This document shows, piece after piece, positions 1 to 9,151 of a stretch of DNA of 64,000 bases. A program made the translations under genes and the position numbers. Source of the DNA: Candidatus Rokuibacteriota bacterium (lineage in GTDB: Bacteria > Methylomirabilota > Methylomirabilia > Rokubacteriales > CSP1-6); assembly GCA_003220495.1 (NCBI GenBank), contig QHSP01000015.1, positions 196,610 to 260,609 on the forward strand, read 5' to 3'. Position 1 is the first letter of the stretch; each line of letters starts with the position of its first letter. A model generated the notes under the pieces. It made no database searches. It saw only the letters and a program-made list of their open reading frames with translations, and was not told where the DNA came from.

Positions 1-561
1 GTGCTCCAGATCGACTGTCCCGACCTCGCGATGGGGCGACACCTCGCGTTTCCCGAGCTGAGCAACGCCGAGTTCCTGAAGATCGCCGCGGCCAACATCG
101 AGGCGCTGAATCACGCGCTGCGCGACGTTCCGGCCGACCGCATGCGGCTGCACCTCTGCTGGGGCAACTACGAAGGGCCGCACCACCGCGACATCCCGCT
201 GCGCGAGCTCCTGCCGGTCGCGCTGAGGGCGAAGCCGCAGGCGCTGTCCTTCGAGGGCGCGAACCCGCGCCACGAGCACGAATGGGTCGTGTTCCGCGAG
301 ATTCGTCTGCCCGACGACCGCGTGATCATCCCGGGCGTGCTCGACTCGACGACCAACTTCATCGAGCACCCCGAGCTGGTCGCGCAGCGCCTCGTCCGCT
401 ACGCCGAGATCGTCGGACGCGAGCGGGTGATCGCGGGCACGGATTGCGGCTTTGCGACCTTCGCGCGGTCCGTCAACCAGGTCGAGCCCGAGATCACCTG
501 GGCCAAGTTCAAGGCGATGGCCGAGGGCGCGCGGCTGGCGTCGAAGCAGCTCTGGAAATAG
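1..561 (+). CDS. Cobalamin-independent methionine synthase catalytic-domain-like protein (core-MetE family), 5'-truncated by the window edge
   Basis: C-terminal 186 aa align closely with the paralog at 36879-38048 (RLHLCWG His-x-Cys, NPRHEHEW Glu, GTDCGF Cys zinc-ligand motifs). The ORF runs off the window start. Confidence 0.7.
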   Translation: MLQIDCPDLAMGRHLAFPELSNAEFLKIAAANIEALNHALRDVPADRMRLHLCWGNYEGPHHRDIPLRELLPVALRAKPQALSFEGANPRHEHEWVVFREIRLPDDRVIIPGVLDSTTNFIEHPELVAQRLVRYAEIVGRERVIAGTDCGFATFARSVNQVEPEITWAKFKAMAEGARLASKQLWK

Positions 562-562
562 G

Positions 563-617
563 GCAGTGCGAGCCGCAGGCCGTCGCGGGGCTGGGGCTCC
601 GCCGGCCGAGGCGAGCG
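563..617. repeat. REP-like dispersed imperfect palindrome, copy A (GCAGGCCGTCGCGGGGCTGGGGCTCCGCCGGCCGAGGCG core)
   Basis: The same 45-50 bp element recurs intergenically at 5488, 9078, 11703 and 31541 in both orientations. This copy sits between convergent/tandem genes. Confidence 0.7.
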
Positions 618-653
618 ATATAACGAGGCGAGCGACATAACTGGAGACCCGGC

Positions 654-2399
654 ATGACCCTAGACGAGATCGACGTTCCCCACGCCCTCGTGCACGTCCT
701 CGAGGAGGCCGGCATCCAGTTCGTGTTCGGCATGCCTGGCGGCGACACCGGCCGTATCTTCGACGCGCTCCACGACTCGCGCGAGATCCAGACGATCCTC
801 GTGCGCCACGAGCAGGTCGGCTCGATCATGGCCGAGATGTACGGCCGGCTCACGGGCAAGCCCGGCGTCGTCATGGGCCAGGGGATCTTTCTTGCCTGCA
901 ACGCGCTCTTCGGCGCGCTCGAAGCGGTGAAGGGCGCCTCGCCGATGCTGCTGCTCGGCGACTTCACCGACATGGCGCCCTTCATGCACCACGCGCCCTA
1001 TCAGGCCGGGACCGGCGAGCACGGCAACCACGATCTGAGGAACCTTCTCGCGGGTGCGACCAAGTACACCGCGGCGGTCTCCGAGCCCAAGCAGGCCGTC
1101 CAGACGCTCCAGCTCGCGATCAAGCACGCCACGACGGGCAGCCCCGGACCGGTGGCGGTCATCTTCGGAAGCCGGGCGTTCGGCGCGACCGTGAAGACGC
1201 GCCGGCCACCGCGCCTGCACGCGACCGGGCGCCATCTCGCTCACGGGATCGTTCGGCCGGCGGCCGCGGACGTCGCGCGGGTCGCCGAGGCGCTGCTCGC
1301 CGCCTCGAGCCCGGTGATCATTGCCGGCAACGGCGTCCACGCCTCGCGCGCATGGGCCGAGCTCGCCGAGCTGGCCGATCTCCTCAAGATCCCGGTGGCG
1401 ACGACGGCGTCCGGGAAGAGCGCGATCGCCGACGTCCATCCGCTGGCGCTCGGCGTCTTCGGCAACTGGGGCCAGACCGTTGCCAACGAGGTCGTCTCGG
1501 CCGCCGACACGGTGCTCGTGGTCGGCTCGCGCCTGGCGCCGACCGACACCTGCTTCGAGAACCCGGAGCTGCTCGACGCCGACCGCCAGACATTCTTGCA
1601 GATCGACGTCGAGCCGCTCAACGTCGGCCGTCACTTCCCCGTGAAGGACGCGATCGTCGCCGACGCGCGGGAGGCGCTCGCGGCGCTCGCCGCCGAGCTC
1701 GGGCCGCGGCTCACGCCGGCGCGGAAGACCGCGGGGCAGAGGCGCGTGGAGCATCTGGCCGAGCTCAAGCCCCTCCATCGCTACTTCGCCGAGCCCGAGC
1801 AGCGCTCGGACGCGGTCCCGCTCCGTCCCGAGCGGGTGATCACCGAGCTCGCGCGCCGGCTCGACGCGCGCGCGATCGTCACGATGGACGCAGGAGCCAA
1901 TCGGCTCTACATGACCCACTACTTCCAGTGCAAGGGCGCGGGCACGGTATATCAGCCCTCGTCGATCGGCGGCATGGGATACGCGCTGCCGGCGGCGATG
2001 GGGGCCAAGCTCACGAGCCCGGAGCGCGACTGCGTCGCGGTCTGCGGCGACGGCGGCTTCGCGATGACGATGAACGCGCTCTTCACCGCCGCGCAGTACC
2101 GGATCCCGGTCGTCACCGTCGTGCTGAACAACAGCGTGCTCGGCTGGGTGAAGGACGGACAGCGCCGGCGCGGCAACCGATTCATCGCCTCCGAGCTCGG
2201 CCGCAACGACTATGCGCGGATCGCGCAGGCCATGGGCTGCGTCGGCGTCCGCGTCGAGTCGATCAAGGATCTCGTGGGCGAGCTCGACCGGGTCACGGGC
2301 GCCAAAGAGCCGATCGTCCTCGACGTGGTCACGACGGAGGACGCGCCCTTCTGGCAGGTGCAGTCGCCGCTCGCCAAGGAGGGCCCGGGCGGCGAGTAG
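654..2399 (+). CDS. Thiamine-pyrophosphate-dependent enzyme (acetolactate synthase large subunit-like)
   Basis: 581 aa with three-domain TPP enzyme architecture. GDG(X)n NN-type TPP-binding region (VAVCGDGGFAMTMNALFTA...VLNN). ATG at 654 matches the track. Confidence 0.85.
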   Translation: MTLDEIDVPHALVHVLEEAGIQFVFGMPGGDTGRIFDALHDSREIQTILVRHEQVGSIMAEMYGRLTGKPGVVMGQGIFLACNALFGALEAVKGASPMLLLGDFTDMAPFMHHAPYQAGTGEHGNHDLRNLLAGATKYTAAVSEPKQAVQTLQLAIKHATTGSPGPVAVIFGSRAFGATVKTRRPPRLHATGRHLAHGIVRPAAADVARVAEALLAASSPVIIAGNGVHASRAWAELAELADLLKIPVATTASGKSAIADVHPLALGVFGNWGQTVANEVVSAADTVLVVGSRLAPTDTCFENPELLDADRQTFLQIDVEPLNVGRHFPVKDAIVADAREALAALAAELGPRLTPARKTAGQRRVEHLAELKPLHRYFAEPEQRSDAVPLRPERVITELARRLDARAIVTMDAGANRLYMTHYFQCKGAGTVYQPSSIGGMGYALPAAMGAKLTSPERDCVAVCGDGGFAMTMNALFTAAQYRIPVVTVVLNNSVLGWVKDGQRRRGNRFIASELGRNDYARIAQAMGCVGVRVESIKDLVGELDRVTGAKEPIVLDVVTTEDAPFWQVQSPLAKEGPGGE

Positions 2400-2400
2400 G

Positions 2401-2883
2401 ATGCGGCACAAGAAGAAGGACGTCATGGCCCGTACCCGGCGCGAGTACGCCATCCTCGATCGCCTCGTGACCCGGCTGCGGGCCGCCGACTGGAAGCGGC
2501 CAGTGCCGCGCCCGCCGACGCGGGATCCGTGGACCGTGAAGGACGCGCTCGCCCACATCGTCTACTGGAAGGAGCACAGCGCCCGCGTCTTCCGGGGCGA
2601 GCGGCGGCTCCCGGAGATGCGCGGTCTCGACGTGAAGCAGATCAACCGTCTGATCTACCGGCGCTGGCGCCGCCGGCGGCCGGCCGAGGTCGTGGCGTGG
2701 CATCGTCGCGTCCAGCGCGACGTGCGGAAGACGCTCGCGGCGAATCCCCCGGAGTGGTTCTCGCGGCGTCAGCGCTCGCCCAAGTGGCCGGCCGATTTCG
2801 ACGCGCACTCGGCGGACCACCGGAGGGACGACATCGAGGGCGCGCTGGGGCCGGGGCGCATCAAGGGTCGTGGGCACCGGTGA
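2401..2883 (+). CDS. ClbS/DfsB-family (DinB-like) four-helix-bundle protein
   Basis: Carries WTVKDALAHIVYW and a C-terminal H..H motif pattern typical of ClbS/DfsB. The start is uncertain: ATG 2401 directly follows the upstream stop, and an alternative in-frame ATG lies at 2425 with an AAGGA ribosome-binding site. Confidence 0.55.
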   Translation: MRHKKKDVMARTRREYAILDRLVTRLRAADWKRPVPRPPTRDPWTVKDALAHIVYWKEHSARVFRGERRLPEMRGLDVKQINRLIYRRWRRRRPAEVVAWHRRVQRDVRKTLAANPPEWFSRRQRSPKWPADFDAHSADHRRDDIEGALGPGRIKGRGHR

Positions 2884-2913
2884 GGCTGGCTACGAAGCGG
2901 TCGCGCGAGCGCG

Positions 2914-4572
2914 TCATCCCAGGCCGCCGCGCAGCCCGAGCACGCGCGCGACGAGGGCGCCGGCCAGCGAGATGACCATGATGATGCACGCGACGACCAT
3001 CGCCTCCTCGAACTTCCGCTGGGCGATGAAATCGAGCTGCAGGATCGACAGCGGGCGATTGGCGCTGGTGGCGAGCAGCGCGATGTTGCCGATGTTCCGC
3101 GCCGCGCCGACGAACGTGATCATGCCCACCGCCACCAGGGTCGGCGCCATCAGCCGCAGCACGATGCGCCGGTAGGTCGCCCACCACGACGCGCCGGCGA
3201 CGCGCGAGGCTTCCTCGAGATCGCCGCCGAGCTGCAGCAGCCCGCCCTTCACGATCTGCACGCCGAGCGGCATGCCCGAAATCAAGCCGGCGATGATCAG
3301 CACCGCCATCGTGCCGTACAGCGGCCGCAGCACGGCCACGTCGAGGAACAGCCACAGGAGCGCCAGCCCGAGGATCACGCCCGGCACCGTGAAGGGAAGC
3401 CAGGAGACGACGTCGAGCGCCCGGCGGCCGCGGAAGCGCGTGCGCACGACGATGTAGGCGATCAGGGAGTGGACGAGGACCGCCGCGACCGCGGTGCCGG
3501 TCGCCAGCACGACCGTGTTCCAGAGTGAGCGCAGGAAGAGGTCGTCGGCGAGGACGGTCGTCCAGTTCTTGAGCGTCCACGGGTCGGGGATGTTGAAGAA
3601 GCCGAAGAGCTTCATGAACGTGCCGAGCACGGCGAAAGCCAGCGGCACCCCGAGCACGACGAGCGTCAGCGCGAGCGCCAGGGCGAACGCGGGCCAGCGC
3701 CAGCGTCCGAGCCGGTGGCGCCGGCTCTGGAACTGGCCGGTGATCGTCGTGTAGCGGCGGCCGCGCGTGAGCCACTGCTGGGTGAAGATCAGCGGGAGCA
3801 TCGCCGCCAGCACGAGCACCGCCAGCGCGGTCGCCGCGTCGTAGCGCGGCACGCGCGTCACGACGAGGTCGTAGATCATCGTGCTGAACACGAAGAACCG
3901 GAACGGCGCTCCCAGCACCTGCTCCACCTCGAAGGTCTGCAGCGACACCATCGTGCCGAGCAGGAGCACCGACAGTACGACCGGCGCCATGACCGGGATC
4001 GTGATCGAGAGCGCGGTCCGCGCGGTGCCGGCGCCCGCGACGCGCGAAGCCTCCTCGAAGGCCGCGTTCATGTTGCGCAAGGCCGGGGTCAGCAAGATCA
4101 CCTTGACCGTCAGCGATCCGGTGATGACGTGGATCCACACGATGCCCCAGAACGAGTAGATGTCGAACGGCCCCTTGCCGACCAGGCCGAGGCCGACGAG
4201 CCCGGTGTTGAGCAGGCCGTAGTCGGGATCGAGCAGCAGGATCCAGCTCAACGTGACGGTGAGGGTCGGCAGAAAGAACGCCGCCCAGAAGGCGAACTCG
4301 ATCCAGTTGCGGCCCGGCAGATCGGTCCGCGCGATCAGCCAGGCGACCAGCAGCGCCAGCGCGAGCGACAGAACCTGGCGGGCCACGGTGACCTTCAGCG
4401 TGTTGAGGAGCGCCGCGCGCAGGAGCGGCTCGGCGAACGCGGCGCGCCAGCCATCCAGCCCGTAGCGCGCGGGCTGCCCGGGCGGCGCCACCTGGAAGCT
4501 TTCCAGCACCACCAGGAGCAAGGGGTAGACGACGCAGAACGCCACGGCCAGCAGGACCACCGTGCAGGCCAC
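2914..4572 (-). CDS. ABC transporter permease, fused two-domain type (FbpB/iron(III)- or polyamine-type)
   Basis: 552 aa with about 12 predicted TM segments and two EAA-like loops (EEASRVAGAG... twice). Last gene of the minus-strand operon. Confidence 0.8.
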   Translation of the reverse strand: MACTVVLLAVAFCVVYPLLLVVLESFQVAPPGQPARYGLDGWRAAFAEPLLRAALLNTLKVTVARQVLSLALALLVAWLIARTDLPGRNWIEFAFWAAFFLPTLTVTLSWILLLDPDYGLLNTGLVGLGLVGKGPFDIYSFWGIVWIHVITGSLTVKVILLTPALRNMNAAFEEASRVAGAGTARTALSITIPVMAPVVLSVLLLGTMVSLQTFEVEQVLGAPFRFFVFSTMIYDLVVTRVPRYDAATALAVLVLAAMLPLIFTQQWLTRGRRYTTITGQFQSRRHRLGRWRWPAFALALALTLVVLGVPLAFAVLGTFMKLFGFFNIPDPWTLKNWTTVLADDLFLRSLWNTVVLATGTAVAAVLVHSLIAYIVVRTRFRGRRALDVVSWLPFTVPGVILGLALLWLFLDVAVLRPLYGTMAVLIIAGLISGMPLGVQIVKGGLLQLGGDLEEASRVAGASWWATYRRIVLRLMAPTLVAVGMITFVGAARNIGNIALLATSANRPLSILQLDFIAQRKFEEAMVVACIIMVISLAGALVARVLGLRGGLG

Positions 4573-4622
4573 CGACGACAGCTCGATGGCGAAGGGGCGG
4601 GGGCGCGGAACGCTCCGGGCGA

Positions 4623-5465
4623 TCAGTGCATCACGCCGCCGCCGGTCACGTTGATGGACTGACCGGTGATGTACTCGGCGGCATCACCCGCCAGGAACGC
4701 GGCGACTTCGGCCACGTCGCTCGGTCTGGCGATCCGGCCGAGCGGCGTCGACGCGGCGGTCTGCCCGATCCGCTCCTCGCGCTGCCGCTGGTCGAAGCTC
4801 CCGTCCGGCCGCAGCCCCATGTGATCTAGGCGCTCCGTCTCGGCCGCGCTCGGGCAGATCGCGTTGACCGTGATCCCCGCGGGCGCCAGCTCTTGCGCCA
4901 GGGACTGCGTGAAGCCGATGATCCCGAACTTCGACGCGCAGTACGCCGCGCGGAGCGCGCCGCCCTTCTTGCCCCACTGCGACGACATGCTGATGATGCG
5001 CCCGCGCACGCGACGTTCGAGCATCGAGCGCGCGACGGCCTGCGAGGTGATGAACGTCCCCTTGAGGTTGGTGTCGAGGACGGTATCCCACTGGTCTTCC
5101 GGCAGCTCGACGACCGGCGTCTTGTCGAGACTGCCCGGCGCGCCCGCGTTGTTCACGAGGATGTCGATGCGCCCGAACTCGCCCAGGGCCTCCGCGACCA
5201 CCTTCGTCATCTCGCTGGTCGATCGGACGTCGGCGAGCGCGGTCATCGCCCGGCGCCCGCGCTTCCTGATCTCGTCCGCGACCGCTTCGATGCCACCCCA
5301 GGCGCCCGGCGTCAACACGGGCGACACGCGTAGCCCGGTCGAAATCACATCCGTCAGGATGAGATCGGCGCCTTCGTCGGCGAACCGCCGGGCGATGGCT
5401 CGACCGAGCCCGTGCTCACCGCCCGCACCCGTCACCATCGCGATCTTGCCGTCGAGCCGTCCCAT
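4623..5465 (-). CDS. SDR-family oxidoreductase
   Basis: TGAGGEHGLG Rossmann motif, NNAG, and catalytic S...Y..AS K pattern (YCASKFG). Confidence 0.85.
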   Translation of the reverse strand: MGRLDGKIAMVTGAGGEHGLGRAIARRFADEGADLILTDVISTGLRVSPVLTPGAWGGIEAVADEIRKRGRRAMTALADVRSTSEMTKVVAEALGEFGRIDILVNNAGAPGSLDKTPVVELPEDQWDTVLDTNLKGTFITSQAVARSMLERRVRGRIISMSSQWGKKGGALRAAYCASKFGIIGFTQSLAQELAPAGITVNAICPSAAETERLDHMGLRPDGSFDQRQREERIGQTAASTPLGRIARPSDVAEVAAFLAGDAAEYITGQSINVTGGGVMH

Positions 5466-5487
5466 CAGCCGCCTCCTCCTTCCTACT

Positions 5488-5534
5488 CGCGCCTCGGCCG
5501 GCGGGGCCCCAGCCCCGCGACGGCCTGCAGCGCG
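5488..5534. repeat. REP-like element copy B (reverse orientation)
   Basis: CGCGCCTCGGCCGGCGGGGCCCCAGCCCCGCGACGGCCTGCAGCGCG. Intergenic, between the FAD oxidoreductase and SDR genes of the same operon. Confidence 0.7.
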
Positions 5535-5540
5535 AACTGA

Positions 5541-6653
5541 TCACCCGGCCGTGACGCCAGCGGCCAGGAAGCGATCCGGGCGGAACGGCGCCAGGGTGGG
5601 GCTGGGCTTGTCGCGAACGATCTCATCCGCCAGCAGGCGGCCGAGCAGCGGGCCCAGCGTGATCCCGCTGTGGGTCGCGATCAGCCAGCCGTTGGCGAGG
5701 CCAGGGATCCGACCGGCGATCGTGTGTCGGTCGCCCGGCATGGGGCGCACGCCGATGCGGCTGTCGACGATCCGGAGCGGGCGCGCCGCGGGAAACACGC
5801 GCCCCGCCCGCTCGAGCAGCAGCGCCGACAGCGACGCGGGCGAGCCCGAGTTCGCCGCGAGCGTGTCGACGTCCTCGGCCCCGAGCAAGAGTCCGCCGCC
5901 GGCGTCGGGCCGGAGGTGGAGCCCCGGCGCGTGCACGACCCGGCCGAGCGCCACTGCCGGGCGGGAGGTGACCGCCAGTAAGCCGGGTACGCGGCCGACC
6001 GGGATGACCACGCCGAGCGGCTCGAGGAACGCTTGCGTGGCCGGGCCGACACAGACGAGGAACGAGCGCGCGGTCACCTCGTCGTCGTCGACGACGAGGG
6101 CCTCGATTCGATCACCGCGCATGCGGAGCGATCGGACCGCCTTGCCGTCTCTCACTTCAGCGCCACGCGCCGAGGCGGCAGCAAGAAGGCGTCCGATCAG
6201 TCGCGGGGCGTCGAGCCACGCGTCGGCGGCAAAGAACGCGACGTCGCGGACCTGGTCGGGGATGGCGAGGCCGGGCTCGAGCTCGGTCGCGCGCTCGCGG
6301 CTGATCCAGTCAGCCGGGTAGCCCCGGCTCGCGAGCCGATGGACGCGCTCGCGGAGCTCTCGCTCCGCGTCGCTATCGTCCGCCCACTCGAGCGAGCCCC
6401 CCTCGTGATAGCCGGCGTCGCCGCCGAGCTCGCGCGACAGGTCCCGGTGAGCGGTCATCCCGGCCGCATTGAGCCGATGGTAGACATCGGGCTCCTTCCT
6501 GACCGAGTTCAGCCATGCGAACGAGCTGCCGCTCGTCCCCCCGCCGGGCGTGCCGGCATCGAGCGCCAGCACGCGGGCACCCGCCCACGCGACCGCGTAG
6601 ACGGCCGAAGCGCCCACGATCCCGAGTCCGACGACCGCAACGTCGCATTTCAT
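5541..6653 (-). CDS. FAD-dependent oxidoreductase (DadA / glycine or sarcosine oxidase-beta-like)
   Basis: N-terminal DVAVVGLGIVGASAVYAV dinucleotide-binding motif. 370 aa, the typical size for this class. Confidence 0.8.
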   Translation of the reverse strand: MKCDVAVVGLGIVGASAVYAVAWAGARVLALDAGTPGGGTSGSSFAWLNSVRKEPDVYHRLNAAGMTAHRDLSRELGGDAGYHEGGSLEWADDSDAERELRERVHRLASRGYPADWISRERATELEPGLAIPDQVRDVAFFAADAWLDAPRLIGRLLAAASARGAEVRDGKAVRSLRMRGDRIEALVVDDDEVTARSFLVCVGPATQAFLEPLGVVIPVGRVPGLLAVTSRPAVALGRVVHAPGLHLRPDAGGGLLLGAEDVDTLAANSGSPASLSALLLERAGRVFPAARPLRIVDSRIGVRPMPGDRHTIAGRIPGLANGWLIATHSGITLGPLLGRLLADEIVRDKPSPTLAPFRPDRFLAAGVTAG

Positions 6654-6741
6654 CGGCGACCTCCTGTGCAGGCCTGGTCCCCCACCGCGGGCGCATTATA
6701 GGGTTCCTCGGGCGCTCTTGGCATGCTCGCCCTCACACGGC

Positions 6742-7851
6742 TCACGCCGGCCACACGCTGACCACGTCGGGAGGGAAGTGGAGCTGAAGCTGCTGGCCCT
6801 CGCGCCAGTCGCCTCCGCGTGCCAGGAAGAGCAGGATGCGCTGCTCCTCGCTCAGCGCCACGCGGGCCTCGTACCTGTCGCCCACGAACAGGAGCGCCTC
6901 GATCACGCCGACGAGCGTGTGGCCACGCGCCGCCGGCCGATCGTTCGATCCGACCTCGATGTCTTCGGGCCGAACCGCGACGTGCGCCGGAGCTCCCTCG
7001 GAGAGGCTCGCGCCCGGCGCGATGCGTCCTGCCAATGTCTGGCCGGCGAGCGATCCATCCAGCGCGATCGCGACCGTCTGGCTCTCCGCGCGATCGACCC
7101 GCCCTTTCAAGATCACGGTCTGGCCGAGGAAGTCGCGGACGAAGGCCGACGCGGGCTGCTCGTAGAGGCTCCGCGGGGAGCCGATCTGCTCGGCGCGCCC
7201 ACGGGACATGACGGCGATCCGATTGGACAGGCTGAGCGCCTCGATCTGGTCGTGCGTGACGAAGAGCACGGTGATGCCGAGCCGCCGCTGCAGGAGCTTC
7301 AGCTCGACCCGCATCTGCTCCCGCAGCTTGGCGTCGAGGTTGCTGAACGGCTCGTCGAGCAGCAGCAGGTCGGGCTCGTACACGAGCGCGCGGCAGAGCG
7401 CCAGGCGCTGCATCTGGCCGCCGCTCAGGAGCGTAGCCGACCGGCGCTCGAGCCCGCCGAGCCCGACCAGCTCGAGCACCTTGGCCACGCGATCACGCAT
7501 GGCCTGTCCCCTTACGCCGCGGAGCTTCAACGGGTAGGCAACGTTCTCGAAGACGCTCATGTGCGGCCAGATCGCGTAGGACTGGAAGACCATGCCGAGG
7601 TTGCGCTTGTGCGGAGGCACGAAGAGCCGGCGCGCGACCGACGCGACGAGCCGGCCGCGCAGGGTGATCTCGCCGCCGTCGGGATCCTCCAGTCCGGCCA
7701 CCAGGCGCAAGGTGGTGGTCTTGCCGCAACCGCTCGGGCCCAGCAACGTGAACACTTCGCCCCGGTCGACCTCGAGGGACGCGCCGTCGACCGCCTGGAC
7801 CGTGCCGTACGATTTGCTGACGCCGTCGAGCCGAAGGACCGTGTCGCTCAT
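6742..7851 (-). CDS. ABC transporter ATP-binding protein (PotA/FbpC-like, with C-terminal TOBE-like domain)
   Basis: Walker A GPSGCGKTT, signature LSGGQMQR, Walker B LLLLDEP. The true start MSDTVLRLDG was recomputed to 7851. The track ORF is extended upstream by Arg-rich read-through. Confidence 0.85.
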   Translation of the reverse strand: MSDTVLRLDGVSKSYGTVQAVDGASLEVDRGEVFTLLGPSGCGKTTTLRLVAGLEDPDGGEITLRGRLVASVARRLFVPPHKRNLGMVFQSYAIWPHMSVFENVAYPLKLRGVRGQAMRDRVAKVLELVGLGGLERRSATLLSGGQMQRLALCRALVYEPDLLLLDEPFSNLDAKLREQMRVELKLLQRRLGITVLFVTHDQIEALSLSNRIAVMSRGRAEQIGSPRSLYEQPASAFVRDFLGQTVILKGRVDRAESQTVAIALDGSLAGQTLAGRIAPGASLSEGAPAHVAVRPEDIEVGSNDRPAARGHTLVGVIEALLFVGDRYEARVALSEEQRILLFLARGGDWREGQQLQLHFPPDVVSVWPA

Positions 7852-7871
7852 CGGGTCCGCGGCCGAGGGGC

Positions 7872-9017
7872 TCAGCGGCCCCAGAGCCGCCGCGTGGCCA
7901 GTCGCGCGCCTTCCACGAGCGCCTCGAACTTCGCCCACGCGATCCGGGGGTGGCCGACTCGCGGCCCGAGGCCGCAGTCCGTGCCCGCGATCACGTTCTC
8001 TCTCCCAACCAGCTCGGCGTACCTGACGAGACGCTCGGCGACGAGCTCTGGATGCTCGACGAAATCGCTGGCGTGGCCGACCACGCCGGGGATGAGGATC
8101 TTGCCGTCCGGCAGCTTCACGCTCTCCCACACGCGCCACTCGTGCTCGTGGCGCGGGTTGGACGCCTCGATCGAGTAGGCCTGCGCCCGGACCGCCAGGA
8201 CCAGGTCGACGAGATCACGCAGCGGCAGGTCGTGCTTGTGCGGTCCGTGGTAGCTCCCCCAGCAGACGTGAAAGCGCACACGCTCCGGCGGGATGTCGCG
8301 TAGCGCGTGGTTGAGGGCTTCGATGCGCAGCGCGGCGAACTTCCGGTACTGCGCAAGTGTCAGCGTCGGGTGGATCTGCCAGGCGTCGGCGAGATCGGGA
8401 TCGTCGATCTGAAGGAGGAAGCCGGCGCGAACGATCGCGTCGTATTCGACCTTCATCGCCTCGGCGATCGCGGCGAGGTACGCCTCGTCGCTCGGGTAGT
8501 GAGCGTTGCGCAGCCAGTGCTCGATGGTGCCGGGCGCCACCGCCGGCAGGAACGCCTCGGTCACCGAATGACCGGCCAGCGCCGCCTTGAAGTTGGCGCT
8601 GTCCGTCTCGACGGCCGCCTGTCCGATGTAGCTGAGGGGCGCCTTGCAGACGGCCTCGCGGCCGGCCATGTTGCCGCGCCCCGCGAAGTACTCCGGGAAT
8701 TCCAGGGCGTCCCGGCCGTAGATCATCGCAAGGACACGCTCGCCCTCGGCGAGCGCACGCTCTTCGACCCCGCCGAGGCGCTCGCGCGCGTAGGTCGTGA
8801 AGTTGCGCTTCGATTCCTCGCCGTCGTTGACGATATCCAGGCCGACGGCGACCTGCTGCCTGACGACCTCGGCGACGGCGCGTCGAACGCGACTGGCGAA
8901 GGCGGCGTGATCGTAGGGGCGGCCGGTGTCCCGGGCGATCAGCAGGTCGCGCAGATCGTCGGGCCGCGCCAGGCTTCCGGCGTGCGTCGTCAGGATGCGC
9001 TCGGTACTGCGTTTCAC
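7872..9017 (-). CDS. Core-MetE family protein (cobalamin-independent methionine synthase catalytic-domain-like, zinc type)
   Basis: 381 aa. THAGSLARP N-terminus, RFHVCWG, NPRHEHEWRVWE and GTDCGL zinc/homocysteine-site motifs. GTG start. First gene of the minus operon. Confidence 0.8.
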   Translation of the reverse strand: MKRSTERILTTHAGSLARPDDLRDLLIARDTGRPYDHAAFASRVRRAVAEVVRQQVAVGLDIVNDGEESKRNFTTYARERLGGVEERALAEGERVLAMIYGRDALEFPEYFAGRGNMAGREAVCKAPLSYIGQAAVETDSANFKAALAGHSVTEAFLPAVAPGTIEHWLRNAHYPSDEAYLAAIAEAMKVEYDAIVRAGFLLQIDDPDLADAWQIHPTLTLAQYRKFAALRIEALNHALRDIPPERVRFHVCWGSYHGPHKHDLPLRDLVDLVLAVRAQAYSIEASNPRHEHEWRVWESVKLPDGKILIPGVVGHASDFVEHPELVAERLVRYAELVGRENVIAGTDCGLGPRVGHPRIAWAKFEALVEGARLATRRLWGR

Positions 9018-9077
9018 CGTTCGCGTAAGATAGTCGCGCCCGGGGGCCTGGTCAATCGAGCGAGCGCCCTCGATGGT

Positions 9078-9130
9078 TGTGCGCGCTGCAGACTGTCGCG
9101 GGGCTGGGGCCCCGCCGGTCGAGGCGCGCC
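9078..9130. repeat. REP-like element copy C
   Basis: GCGCGCTGCAGACTGTCGCGGGGCTGGGGCCCCGCCGGTCGAGGCGCGCC in the divergent intergenic region. It is read through in-frame by the over-extended track ORF 9077. Confidence 0.7.
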
Positions 9131-9151
9131 TCCAGAACAGGAGGATTCATC